Assembly: GCA_025558095.1 (NCBI GenBank)
Contig: JAIVFI010000002.1
Location: forward strand, 558,001 to 622,000
DNA from: Hyaloraphidium curvatum SAG 235-1
Taxonomy: Eukaryota; Fungi; Monoblepharomycota
Reading direction: 5' to 3'
Length of the DNA: 64,000 nt
Part shown: positions 25,431-37,200 of the stretch, piece by piece
Layout of the letters: each line of letters begins with the position of its first letter
How positions within the stretch are numbered: the first letter of the stretch is position 1
Position numbers and translations under genes: made by a program
The notes under the pieces: generated by a model
Databases searched by the model: none
Told to the model about the DNA's origin: nothing
What the model saw: the letters and a program-made list of their open reading frames with translations, nothing else

Positions 25431-26286
25431 TGGTCAAGCTGGCATCAGAGTAGGAGGCGGCAGCGGCAGCTGACCCAAATGTATGCTACCCGGAAGCAAT
25501 GTACATCAGTTAGGCGGCCGATGGACGCGAAGCGGCTATGGACGGGGCGTAATTCTGATCTATATCTGGGAGCATTCACTTGAAATCACGTTTTTTCTCG
25601 GGGGAAACAAGGGAAAGATTGGATGATTTAGGGCAGCCATGGCAGCGTCTCCATCGTCTGCAGTGCCTTGCAGCTTTGGAGCTGCTGCGTGCCTGATCTT
25701 CTACGTTCGACGACGTTGATGTATTGGCTTCGGGCTTCTCTGGCCCTGAGAATGCGGCAAGGAACGCAGAATAGCCATCTGTTGATTGACATGTACAATG
25801 CGGGACGATTTCAAGAGTATCGGGCCGCGGAGGGACCAACCAGGGTCGAGTCGTCGCCGACGTGGGCACCGTCGGTGCTGATTTGAACGGACACGATGGT
25901 CGCGTCCGAAAAAGCGATACCATGCGTCCCCACTCAGTTGCCAAAGCTGTTTGTTGTTTGAACGTCGACCCTCGTGCCCAATCTGCCCTCTGTCGAGGAA
26001 GAGGCGTTCGCGCGGGATCGCATGTGGCGAGTCTCACGGATTGGCCGTCAGAGCCTTCTCACCGCCAGGTGGGCTTCGGCCCTATGTGAAATTCATTTAA
26101 ACTTCTTCTTCCTGGGGTTTGAAACCGCCGAATCAGCGGAGATCCCGAGTCGTGAAGTTGGCAGCACTGAGCAGTGACGCCCATCGCGTGCTCCAAAGCC
26201 GACCGACGCTGCCAACGCGACCAAGCCCTTAAGGCCAAACCTCATTGCGCCCTAAGGGATCGACCGCGCAAAATCAACACCCCCTC

Positions 26287-28391
26287 ATGCGCATGAGATG
26301 GCGACGAATGCTCACCTTGTTCGTGATATTCGCAACAATAACGTTGTCAGATTCGTTGCTTCCAAAGCGCCTCGAACACGTATGGCCCCAGGCGAAACTC
26401 ACCTCCAGTATGACCGACGGTGCAAACACGTCCGTCTATAGCCACGACGGCATCTTCGCAAACATGCAACATACTTCATTTCATCGAGGCACTCAATCCC
26501 TTCGCTTGGATGATGAAGGACCTGTGCTGGCTGACCAACTTAATGCCTCGCTGTTTCCCTTTCTGGAGGCCTCGAACACCGGCGGGAATGTCATGGTTTC
26601 TTTTGCCTCTGCCAGCTACTGGGATATGACCCTTAACTTTGTGAAGTCCGTGCAACAAGCTGGGATTCCCAATCTCCTTATCGTGACTATGGATAATGCG
26701 TCTTCTTTGTTCGCGAGTGAGGTTGGGATACCCTTCTTCCCATACCATGCTCACCTCAATTCCTCCGATGGCGGTACCGACGAGTTCGGAACGGACATCT
26801 TTCGAGATATGGTGAACCGTCGATGTTCGTTGATTGCGGTGGCTTTGAGAGCCGGTTTCAATATCCTGCTCAGCGACGTCGACGTCGTGTGGAAACGGAA
26901 CCCTTTCCCGTTTTTTTCTCAAGGGGACTACGACCTTGAAATTCAATCAGATTCTCGAAGGGCTTTCACCGAACGCATGCCACAGACTCCATTCAGCGAT
27001 TTCGTAAATGCGGGGCTGTTTTATGCCAGGGGCATACCCAAAGTGACAGACCTTTTCCAGACTCTTGCGGATCGGCTTCGTGAGGATCCGACGCGGGATG
27101 ATCAGACAGAGCTCAATCGTCTCTTGAATGACAATGCGTTCAACATTAGGTACAGGGTGCTCGATCCTGTTCTGTTTCCGAATGGATTCCAGCACTTTTC
27201 CCGATCTATTTCGGCTCGCGCTGGCGTCGATCCTTTCTGCATTCATAATAACTGGGTCATTGGTCAGACCACCAAAATATACAGGTTTCGAGAGGCTGGA
27301 GTTTGGCTTCAAGATCCCCCTGAGCGCTTGGATGGAACAGGACGCTATCTCGCGATTTATGAGCCTTCCATTGGCAACAACGGATGGAACAACGTGCGCA
27401 ACAGCCTGCGTGCAGGGCTTGCCATCGCCCAAGTCTTGAACCGGACATTGATTCTCCCCAAGACCTATAGTCACCACATGCATCCAACGACGGTGACGTT
27501 AGACTACTACTTAAGTTACCAGGATTTCGTTTCTCAATTTCCGGTACGTATTTCGTGATTGTGGTCTTATTGTTGCTGACAAAGGGACAACAGAACATTC
27601 GTGAAGCTGCTTTTGTCGAGAGGGTGTTTTCAGAGAAACCGGACCAGATCTTTCACATCGACATTGGTCCTTCCAGCCATGGAAATCTGCCCACTGGAGT
27701 ACCTTTGGTGAACGTCACCGCTGCTGGGCGCTTTAGGGGAGCCTCCGACGACGAGCTTTCCACTTGGTTTGCTCCCTACGCTCACCAACGAGTACTTCAC
27801 CTGACAAGTTCGTTCCGGCGGTTTCACAAGTTCTTGAACCGCTCAAGAAACTCCGAATTCGATGACAAACTTGCAAAGGCTCTGAAGCCTTCATCAGACG
27901 TTCGCTATGCTGCGGGCCTTGTGTATAATCTTCTCAAGGAGAGAGCAAACGCTTCAACGGGGAACGGGATCTTCAACTGCGTCCACATCCGCAGGGGCGA
28001 TTTCTTAAAAGTGCATGAAGCAGAAAGGCCGCTGGAAGAGATTGCAAGTCTTCTGGCATCAATGCTCGATCCAACGACCGCTCTCTACGTGGCGAGCGAT
28101 GCCAGCCCTGATCCTGACTTCCAAAAAACTCTATTGCGTCGATTTCCGCACGCATTTTTCTGGGGTAACTTCATGCAACCCGCATTCCAACATCTCTACG
28201 ACGCGGAACTCGGTCCTTCAATGCTGATTGGAGCAATTGAGCAGAGGCTCTGTTCCTGGGGAGCAAAGTTCGTGGGCAACATCTACTCGACCTTCACGAC
28301 ACACGTTTGCTTCCTTCGTGGTCGGATGGGAAAGTCCGAGTGCCCTGACATCTACGGGAGGGAGCAACCAAGCGATTGGCCGTTCTTCTAG
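26287..28391 (+). CDS. Type II membrane glycosyltransferase fusion: nucleotide-diphospho-sugar transferase (GT77-like) + O-fucosyltransferase-like domain; intron 27544-27593
   Basis: GFNILLSDVDVVWKRNP, NAGLFY, DDQ, HNNW; then NGWNN, CVHIRRGDF, LYVASD, IEQRLC..FVGNIYSTFT. A 50-nt GTACGT..CTGAC..CAG intron joins the two ORFs in frame. Confidence 0.85.
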
Positions 28392-28422
28392 CCCGTTTGA
28401 GCGTTTTACGCCGGCTAAACGT

Positions 28423-29007
28423 GCAGACGCAACCGACGTTTGAGCACCGCCGGAATCGTGCCCAAGTGTAGTGTTGAGGCTTAGTCACATTGAACCGCAG
28501 CAAGATGGCAAGCTTTCGAACTTGATCAGTTGGACTGCACGCTTCACTGAAGCTCCTTTTCGGTCATGGGTTTGGGCTAAGGATCAGCAGCATGGGCAAC
28601 GCCACGTGCAACTTGTTTCCGATGCTGCTTCGAACCGAGCTAGGCGCGTGCATCACTAAGCTCAACGGTCTCGCTCTGTTTCGTCGCCGCAAACTGGACG
28701 GTCGCATCATCGACTGGGACGGCCGACAATGCTGGCGCAGCGTTCCCCACTCTGACCGTACTTAAGACCTCTAGATCTCTTCAGCAACGCGGATGCCCTT
28801 GTCCTGCACGTTTTGGACCTTCTTGAATCAATCCCGGAAGCTAGATTGGAACGAGTAGCTACCAGCACGAAGAGCCGAGCCAGCTGGATCCAGCGAGAAC
28901 CGCAGAGAGACTAGATCATGCTGGATTTATTGAAAGGAATTCAGTTGAAACGCAGTTCCTTGCGAAAAGCGCACCGCCGGCCCGAGGGGACCGGCATAGA
29001 AATTGAT
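28423..29007 (-). repeat. Right copy of the ~575-bp inverted repeat
   Basis: See partner 20483-21055. Confidence 0.9.
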
Positions 29008-29009
29008 AC

Positions 29010-29195
29010 CGGAATGCCTACAGATACTGGACAAGGAAAGATGATGACCTGCTGTGGCGCAGTGTGCACGAGAATTTGGTCACTGACAAGCTGATCACTG
29101 AGCTGGCCACGAAGTTCCAGCGGGGAGAAGGCGCGATTTCGTCTCGAATTAAGCGCTTATTGCGCAAGCGGAGTATGGAAGATGGCAGATTGTAG
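29010..29195 (+). pseudogene. 3' gene fragment with Myb/SANT-like HTH
   Basis: NAYRYWTRKDDDLL..ELATKFQRGEGAISSRIKRL*; no start codon. Confidence 0.5.
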
Positions 29196-30259
29196 ACATA
29201 CACTACACTAGAAACGACCTCATGCTCCTGTCTGTGTGCATCTTTTCTATAGCCACTGCGCCTCGCTTAGCTCGACATTGTTTCCTCACATCAGTGTGTT
29301 CCGGCAGACACTCGCTTCGCTCGCTGTTCCATCACCCACGCACGTGACTGTCCCACGATTGTTGAACAGGACGTTGACAATCCATGGCCTGCCAGACTCT
29401 TACTACTCTTGCGTCCCCTCCAGACACCTGTAGCGCGTCTGTCCGCTTTCCTGGGCCATCCAACGACCGCCACTAAGGATCCACTCGGAAAAGGACCGCG
29501 TCGACAGCAGCAGCGAATGTCCAGAGCAAAGGCACCCTCTGCACATTGATCGATGACGCTGCTATATTATGCACAAGCTCCGAAGCCCAGAGCTGCGCTA
29601 AGAGCTTCAAAAACTTGAGCAATGTCCTAAATCAATGGTCCGTCATTCAGCACCGACTGTGGTCCTCATTCGCGAGATGATGCGAACCTCCAATAAATCT
29701 ATCTCGACTCCTTCCTGCTTTCGGACCCCAAGAAAATGCCTAACGTGGCGGCACATATGTTCTTCTGGCAAACATGGCCGCAAACCGCCGTTGAGCTTCC
29801 ATATCGCCGAGCAGTGCACCCAAGCTCCTTCCCGCTCGAACTCGTGCAGTCTGCTCTGGTACGCCTCGTCGCCAGATCCGTGGTGCCTCCCCGGGCGGCC
29901 TGCTGACGCGTGCTCGATGCCCTCAGAAAGGCTCCTGGATTGCAATGTCGGGCGGTGCGGGTGGGGTCCCCTGGAATACTAACTTCGACGCCTCCGCCCC
30001 CACAGCCCTCCCCACAGGACGCTTGAAGTTCGCATGCGCGGGCTCCTTGTCGCGTCTGTCCAATGGTGGTCATGGTCACGCACCGCCCGATCTTCGAAGT
30101 CGACTTGCCCACCAAAGTCTGCAGCATCAACCACTAGACCCGCGATTCTCCCCGTCACAGCACCGCCCGAGACGGTGGGCGCCACAGCTTGAGGACAGAA
30201 AGGCGGCCGGCCCTCAGCAACCTGAATCGAGGAGTCCAAAGTCTGGAAGCAGGCACCGG

Positions 30260-30630
30260 CCATGAACGTCCTCCTAAGTCCTCGCAAACACCGACGATCC
30301 CGAGCGTTTGGGCTGGGACTGTCCAGCTTCAGCTCCTACAGACAGGGGCTGCGCTACGTGAGCATTTCTAACCCGGATTCGTGCCGGGGCTGCAGCTCAC
30401 GCGTTCCACCTCGGCAGGCGTGCGACAAGGGGTCCCACGCCAACATCTTCGAGGACCCGGAAGCGGATAGCGACCTAGTAAACTTTCTCGAGGACGTCTA
30501 CCGGCGGCTCACGGCCAAGAGGCCGGAACCGAAGCGGGCGGCGACGTTCAAGATCTTCGACGACCTCGACAGGATCAGGGAGACGTGTCTTGCCGAACAC
30601 ACGGTCGTTTGGGGTCGGGAAGGCCGTTAG
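30260..30630 (+). pseudogene. N-terminal fragment of a Crypton-like tyrosine recombinase (second family)
   Basis: After removing a GTGAGC..CAG intron (30358-30417): FSSYRQGLRYAC..NIF..FL..PKRAATFKIFDDLDRIRETC. This resembles a YR core-binding domain and linker; the catalytic part is absent. Confidence 0.45.
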
Positions 30631-30810
30631 GTTTTGGCGGGTAAAACCGCGCAGAGAGTCACATGCGGGGGTTCGTTTTTCGAACCTCCATCACCGGTGC
30701 GGGGCCGCGTCGGAGCACGCCCCCGGCCTTTTGGTGGTAGGCAGCTGCGGAGCAGCTTTCGGACAGATTTCTCACCCACCCGCCTCAGTTGTACGGATAT
30801 GCTAGCGGGT
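30631..30810 (+). ncRNA. Candidate structured RNA/element end upstream of Fanzor
   Basis: Stems GGTTTT/AAAACC, GGTTCG/CGAACC and AGCTGC-GGA-GCAGCT; long-range GGCGGGT(30636)/ACCCGCC(30778). Partial homolog at 49939-49963. Confidence 0.35.
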
Positions 30811-30974
30811 CGGGATTATGTACTTCGGTTCCCCATAATATATGGAGCCCACGGGCGGGGCGCCGGAGACCGCTTAGGCGGCCCGGGGCCTCGTTCTACA
30901 GCAAGGTTTTCCGCGTTTTTGTCTAGTGCCTTGTCGCCGCCACCACCGTCCTCATTATTTGCGACTGCAGTGAC

Positions 30975-33900
30975 ATGGGTTCGAAGCGAGGACGAACATG
31001 GGACAAGGGGTCGGACAACGCGATCCCGGAGAAGGGTCTTCGGCAAACCCACCTGCTCCCCAGAATCGCGCCAACCAAGGCCAAGTCGGCGAGTCCGGGG
31101 TCGTCGATGCTGCAGCTCAGCTTGCCGTGGCCGTGGCCGTGCCGCCCAACTCCGAGCCCGACGACACGGAGCTCGCATCGTCGCTGGTGGCAGCGGGTGG
31201 CAGAACGACACCGAGTCGGACGACTCACGGCCCAACGAGTCGATTCCCCAGAAGCGGCCCCGCAAGGACATCGGCAAGGGAAAAGATCAGGCTGAGCCCG
31301 TCCCGTCGTCTCCGAAAGGCTCCAAGCCCAAGAAGCCGAAGAAGAAGGGCTACGATGCTGCCGCCGCCGCCGCCCAGGCAGCCCTGCCGCTGGAGTACTC
31401 TGCCCACCTCGAGCAGGCCAACGTGCCCACCGGTTGCCCCGCCCTGCTTCGCGGAAACACTGATCATTGGGATGCCGGTCACGGCGACGGGAGCGGCTGC
31501 CAGTTATTACGACGAAGATTTCCAACGGTCTGCGGCACGTGCGGCGAGCTTGACCATGGCAACATTGCCCACGTGCATCCTTGCGACGCCCTCGTGTGTA
31601 CCGGGAGGATCTGGGCGTCGCGTTCAAAGGAGGAACTGTGGGAGATGATCGCAAATGGCTTCCTGTCCGAGAACTAGCTGTACTCGTGGTTCCCCCTGAT
31701 CTCGTACGAGGACCACGTGCTCGAGCACAACTACATGTCTGCGTGCCACACCAGCGCCAAAGGCTGCGGACAAAGGGGTCACTCGAAGGTTACCGCCGGG
31801 GCCTGCGTGTTCAACATCAACGATCTGAAGAAGCTCACGCCCAAGGAGGCGCTGGACGAGCTCATGGGCCCGCAGTCTGCCCAGAGGACCGTTGTCATGG
31901 CGTTCCAAAGTTCCTGAGGTATGCGGACCGGATGGCGAGCAAGCCTGGGAGCCCGGAGGAAGCTCTGGCTGCCGCGCTCCACGAAGTCATCGAGGATGCC
32001 GTCGGGCGGTTCACGAAGCTCTCGGTCGAGATGTCTCTCTTCATGGACTCTTTCTTCAAGAACGTGCGCGACTTGCGGATGGCGGGAAGGGACCTTCGGT
32101 ACCCGCACCTGGACATGAGCCTCGGCCAGAACGGCTTTTTCGCCGTGGCGGCGCCACTCGACGGCGACGAAGACCACGCCGATACTCTGGTGCCGCTTTT
32201 GAACACGTTCCGCGACACGGAAGGGCTGGACTGCGTCAAACGAGCTGCTCTTCACGGCTACAAGCGGACGTCTCGCGTTGGCCTCGGCCAGATCATGCGG
32301 ACCGCTTCGCAAGGCTACGTGACGGCTGCCATGAACTCGGTGAAGGAAAATCTGCACGATCGGGTGCGCGCGTGGACGATCTGCAGGCTTCGCATCCGGC
32401 TGCACGAGCACGGACGGTTTGGTCCCCAGCAACCAAACCAGGGCCGTACGCTCACCAAGGGTGAAGCCACGGCCATCGCAACCCACTTTGTCAACAGCCT
32501 GAAGTTCTGGGATTCGAGGGAGCACCCCGCCGACACGAGCCGGCCCTTCACGCTGCCGAAAAACGAGCTCTACGACAAGGTCGCGACCGACCCGCTGCTC
32601 CTGGAGATCTGCCGCGACGTTTACACGCGACGACCTGCTCAAGGGTCTCTACCTCAATTCGTATTGGGTCGCGTACCACTGGCAGAGGTTCTTCGACGTC
32701 CTGTTCCGAATCCAGCGGGAGCACGAGGAGCTGCGCAAGAAGCTGGTGCAGTGGACGAAGAACTTGAGCAAGAGCGAGAGGAAGTTCGCCCTCCGCGACT
32801 TCCCCTACAACCACAAGCTCGTCAAGCCCTTCAACGTCCTCCCCCGCTTCTCGACCGAAGCCAAGCACATCCTCATCGACCGCATTGCTCTTCAAGAGCT
32901 CATCCAGGTGGCACAGAAGCGGCTCGGTGAGGAAACAACCTGATGGCGGACTACCTCGCTGCGGAAGCCGAGGATTGGGAGCACTGGTGGCTCATGTTCT
33001 TCCGGCCAGAGAAGGTCAACACCGGCGGCGCCAAGAACCCGTCGAGGCACTTCGACTACTCCTTCTCCACCAACGCCGTGGAGGCCTCGATCACGGTTCG
33101 CGTGCGGAAGCCTTCGGAGGAGCTGCCCGGCACGTCGTTCTCCGACATCAAGATCCCCGGCATGTCCGTTCCCGGGCCTCGACCCCGGCAGCATAGCCAT
33201 CCTCACGGTTTCGACGGGCCTCTCGACGCCGGGGGACGGCAAGCACCACGGCCACAGCAAGGCCGTCAGCGTCTCCGCGGTCGAGTACTACCACCTCGCC
33301 CGGTACAAGAACAACACGTGGAAAGCAAAGCAGCGCAAGAAGCAGCGCCCGTCCATCCTCTAGATCGAGCGCGACACGCCATTGACCAAGGCCTCCACGG
33401 TCGCGGACACCAAGCTGTACATCCACCACTATCTCAAGCGCATATCCACGATCGTCGGCTTCTACGGGCGCTCTCGGTTTGACCGGTACATCGGCAAGCA
33501 CACCGCGCAGGAAGCCGTTGCCGAGAAGGTCATCAAGGGCTGCGGCGTCGCCGCGGAGCGCCTTGTACCTTGTACTTGCGCTCGGCAAGGCCAGGTTCCG
33601 TCACAACATGCGCGGCGGCGTAACTACGCCAGGGTCGGCACTGGCGTGGCTGAAGCGCATCCTGCGCCGCCGCGGCGTCACGGTCACTGAGGACGTGGAG
33701 GAAGACATGACGTCGCAGATCTGCGCGGCGTGCCGGGAAAAGGTCGGCAAACAAAACCCGAAGAACGGGCGCTACCAGATCAAGGATTGCAGAAATCCGG
33801 ATTGTTTGATCAAGTGCTGGAATCAGTTCGTTGTCTTGGTTCTCTGCACGCCGTTCCTGACTTAGAGCTGGCAGTTGGCTGGCAGGCACCCGCGCAACTT

Positions 33901-33990
33901 TGGGCCCGAAAGTTGCCCATCACGTCCTGTGACTTCAGTCGCCCCCGTGGGGCCGCCGGAAGGAGCAATCAGCGTACGGACATACAGGAT
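30975..33990 (+). pseudogene. Fanzor1 (eukaryotic TnpB-like RNA-guided endonuclease), decayed by several frameshifts and stops
   Basis: N-terminal CCHC-like knuckles (CGTCGELDH, CGQRGH..C); FNVLP..HILID; FDYSFSTNAVEAS; RuvC-I GLDPG (D at 33181); EYYH; FYG..RFDRYIGK; LGKARF..G..PG; RuvC-II VEEDMTSQ; Zn finger CAAC..CRNPDC..WN. RuvC-III is degenerate. TAG at 33361; 7-bp duplication at 33561-33574. Confidence 0.85.
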
Positions 33991-34065
33991 TCGTTTTCTG
34001 GCGCGCCGGAAGCGCTCGTTTGGGGTCAGCCCCTTCCCCCGAGCTCGTCGCTCGAGCCGCACGTA
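33894..34065 (+). ncRNA. Candidate Fanzor omegaRNA region overlapping/following the 3' end of the ORF
   Basis: Expected position for an omegaRNA. Stems GCAACTTT/AAAGTTGC, TCCTGT/ACAGGA enclosing two small hairpins, TTCTGGCG/CGCCGGAA, GCTCG/CGAGC. Confidence 0.4.
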
Positions 34066-34299
34066 GCGCCCTTCTTGCTTCCATCGCCAGCGTTACCATG
34101 AAGCGCGGAGGTGGTAGGCGCGGCTAAGGAAGATGGACAGGCGAGAGGAGGGCGCAGGAGGAGGCGCGGAAGAAGCGAGAAAAAGACGCCCATGATGCCT
34201 GTTGGGGCGCGCTACGGAACTCGGTACCCGGCGATGCACCGGCTCCAGAGCCAATCCAAGGCGGAACTAGCAATGATGCGCCTTCCTTGGAGCGCGTGG

Positions 34300-37200
34300 C
34301 TAGCCCCGTTGCCCCCGATCACGATGCGGAAGGTCACGGAGATGCGAGGGCAGCCGGAGCGTCTCGTATGCCTCGGACACACGACCTTGTCGAAGGAATT
34401 GGAGTCAATGGCATTGCGAACAACGACGTGGACATGCAGAGCACTCGGAATCGCGAGCTGGAGGACTTCATTCGTGCCGTGGAAGGGGACGGTATTGATG
34501 CGAGCGCCAATCCGGACAAGGTGTACGGGACCGGCGACGTTGGAGACGACAGCGACGACGAAGATGCCGTGCACAGTGACGAGGAAGACGGAGACGACGA
34601 GGAGCTCCATCTGCCGGACGACGGACTGGACAACGAGGATCCGTCTGAGCCAGATCAACAAGGTGCTGAGCCGCCTGCGCCACCAAAGGAGCCGAGTCCG
34701 GCGGAGAAGCGGCGGCAAGAGCTTCGGAAGAAACGAGCTGAATCTGTACTTGGATTGGTGAGTCGCAGAGTCTCTTGCTTTCTGGATCCCCACTGACCGT
34801 GGTCCAGCAAATGAGAGAGCTTCGGAAGGATTTTCGCGCCGGTCGGGCCAAGTTCCAGAAAAGGCAGCACCTCAGCAGATACGAGCTCTATCAGCAGATC
34901 CGCGAGGGGAAGATCGAGTTCCATCGTCCCGATCCAATCCTGGAGGTCATGAAGATGGGCTCAAATCCAAGCCCAACGCCGTTTTTCAAGCAGAACTGGT
35001 TGTTCTTCGACCCATCCATGTGGGATCTCGTGCCGGGGGCCCCAAAGACCTTGCCGTGCCCCAAGTGTCGCTCCTTGAGCACCCGGTGAAATGGTCTCCC
35101 GACCAACCCATTCTCAAGGACCGTTGGATCGGTATCGGGCGATGCACAGCTCACGGGATATCGTCATAAGTGCACGGCTTGTGGCATTACTTTCACCAGG
35201 CACTGACGAGGCCGTGCTCGTCCAGTTGCCTTACTGGGTGCAGCTCCGGCTCGGTCAGTCTTGACGGTGACACATAGGCGCGGGCTGCGGACCGTGGACA
35301 AGCTCATTCTCGATTCTCTGGCGCGATCGAACTCGCTTCGGGCCTGCTCACAGCTTTTCACGGCCGTTTACGCGACATTTCGTTCGCTGGAGGAGATCCA
35401 GTACCTGTCCGCGGCGGCCACCCTCAAAGCCCTCTCGGAGATGTCGCACCAAGCGACGTTGGAGAGCCTGGAGCAATCGTCGAAGAAGTCCGAGAGGGAT
35501 TGGCGCGACCTGCCCGCCTTTCCAAGGGATCCCGGGGACATGAAGTTTGGAGGTTGGTGGGCTTCAGGTGCAGTTCTGCAGTAAAGGGCTCATTTCGCCT
35601 TCAGCTGGATTTCTGAAGACTATCAAGGAGAACGGCATGTTGTCGCACCGCTCCTACTACACTGTGTCGATCCAGCAAACACCGATGGACATACTTGCCG
35701 CAGACACGACGTTTAAAACGGCAAACCGGCGATTCAAACCTAATGGAATTGCAAACGTCGTCGGCAAGTTCAACATCAACGACCATTTTGGTCACATGGT
35801 CCATGCGTCAATGATTTCGGGGCAAAGCCATGATGACTACCTTCCAATGCTGCTAGGTCTGCGCCAGAGGATGGAGCTCAACAACATGCCGCCGCCGCGG
35901 CTAGTGAACATTGACAGTGTTGCGGCAGAAGCTTCGCTCTGGGTTCTTGCTTTCCCCGAGCTTGAAGGTCTGGACCCACCACCGCGGATCTTGACCACCG
36001 GGCTTCCGACGCTGAAGGTCGAGGAGAAGAACATTGTGGTCATTGCTGATGCGGAGCATGCCATCGACACGTCCAATTTCCTGTTGACGGTGTGCTGAAA
36101 AAGGGGTACGCGGGTGTCGATTCCGAGTGGGACGTGCGCCTGTCCCATGTGAAGGGCGAGAAACCCTACATCGGACCCACAGGCGTCGTTGGAGTGGGGC
36201 CTCCGAAGGATGAACACATCTACGTGTTCGCTCCGCATTGCTGGAAGTACATACCCGAGGCTTTTCGATTGCTGATAGAGAATCGGAGCTGGAAGAAAAC
36301 AGGGCGAGGAATCGCGGGTGATCTTGCAAAAATGAACCGGGACTTTGGTTTTGATGTTTCCCTCGACGACGCTCTTGATTTGGGAAAGCTGGCCAAGTCC
36401 AAAGGTTTCGTGACCAACGCAAGAGCGGGCCTCCAGAAGCTGGCGGCGCTGACGATCAAGCAGCACGTGCCAAAGTCTGCCGTGCGGCTCTCCGTGGGCT
36501 GGGCGTCGAATCCCTCCCAAAGGACAAGGAACGGCTGGCCTACGTTGCCGCGGACGTGCGTGCTTCGGAGTCTGTGGCGACCTTTCTTCTAGAACAAAGG
36601 ATATGGACGTTATCCTGGGGCATCTGCCACTGGAGAAACGAGAGCAGCACGTTAACAAGCTCGTTGACGTGCTGGTTCGCCAAAGCTCTGCTAAAGTGGC
36701 GGTTGCACGTGGAGAGCTCAAGGAACTGGGTGCTGCGGCGCGCGAAAGGAAAGCGCGGTGCCAACGAAGCGGCTCTAACCGCGACCAGAGGCCAGGTTGC
36801 GATCCAAACCTGCGTCTCGAATGCGAAGCTCCCTCTCTTGAATGTTGAACGGCAAGGCGACCGGAAGGTTCTCTTCGGAGACCTTAACATCGGCGATTGA
36901 GATCGTCGTCGATCTGCGAAACTTGCGACTGGTCCCGGACGTGATTGACTCGTCTAGGCAGCCAAAACGTGAGCCATTGCGCTTGTGAACGATCAGGTTC
37001 GGCTGACACGAATTTCAGCTGGCTCACCCACCGGTTCCACCACCACGGCACGCGCAACGCAGCTGGCGGACCCGAGCCCAGAACCAGCGAGCGGATCATC
37101 CACGAAGCCCGCAGGGGCGGCATCGACATCGTCTGCCGAGAGCCCATCAGCGCCCACTCCCCTTGCGAAGGGACAGGCCGTGCCGCCGAAGGAAGCCCAG

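Noticed and set aside
30418-30450. CDKGSHANIF as a displaced Fanzor RuvC-III, implying circular permutation
   Set aside because: The spacing fits DxxAAxNI, but the context reads better as a YR N-terminal domain, and a degenerate C-terminus exists at 33885-33960.
30351-34069. 10-bp inverted match GCGCTACGTG/CACGTAGCGC as Fanzor TIRs
   Set aside because: Too short and expected by chance; the left copy spans an exon-intron junction.
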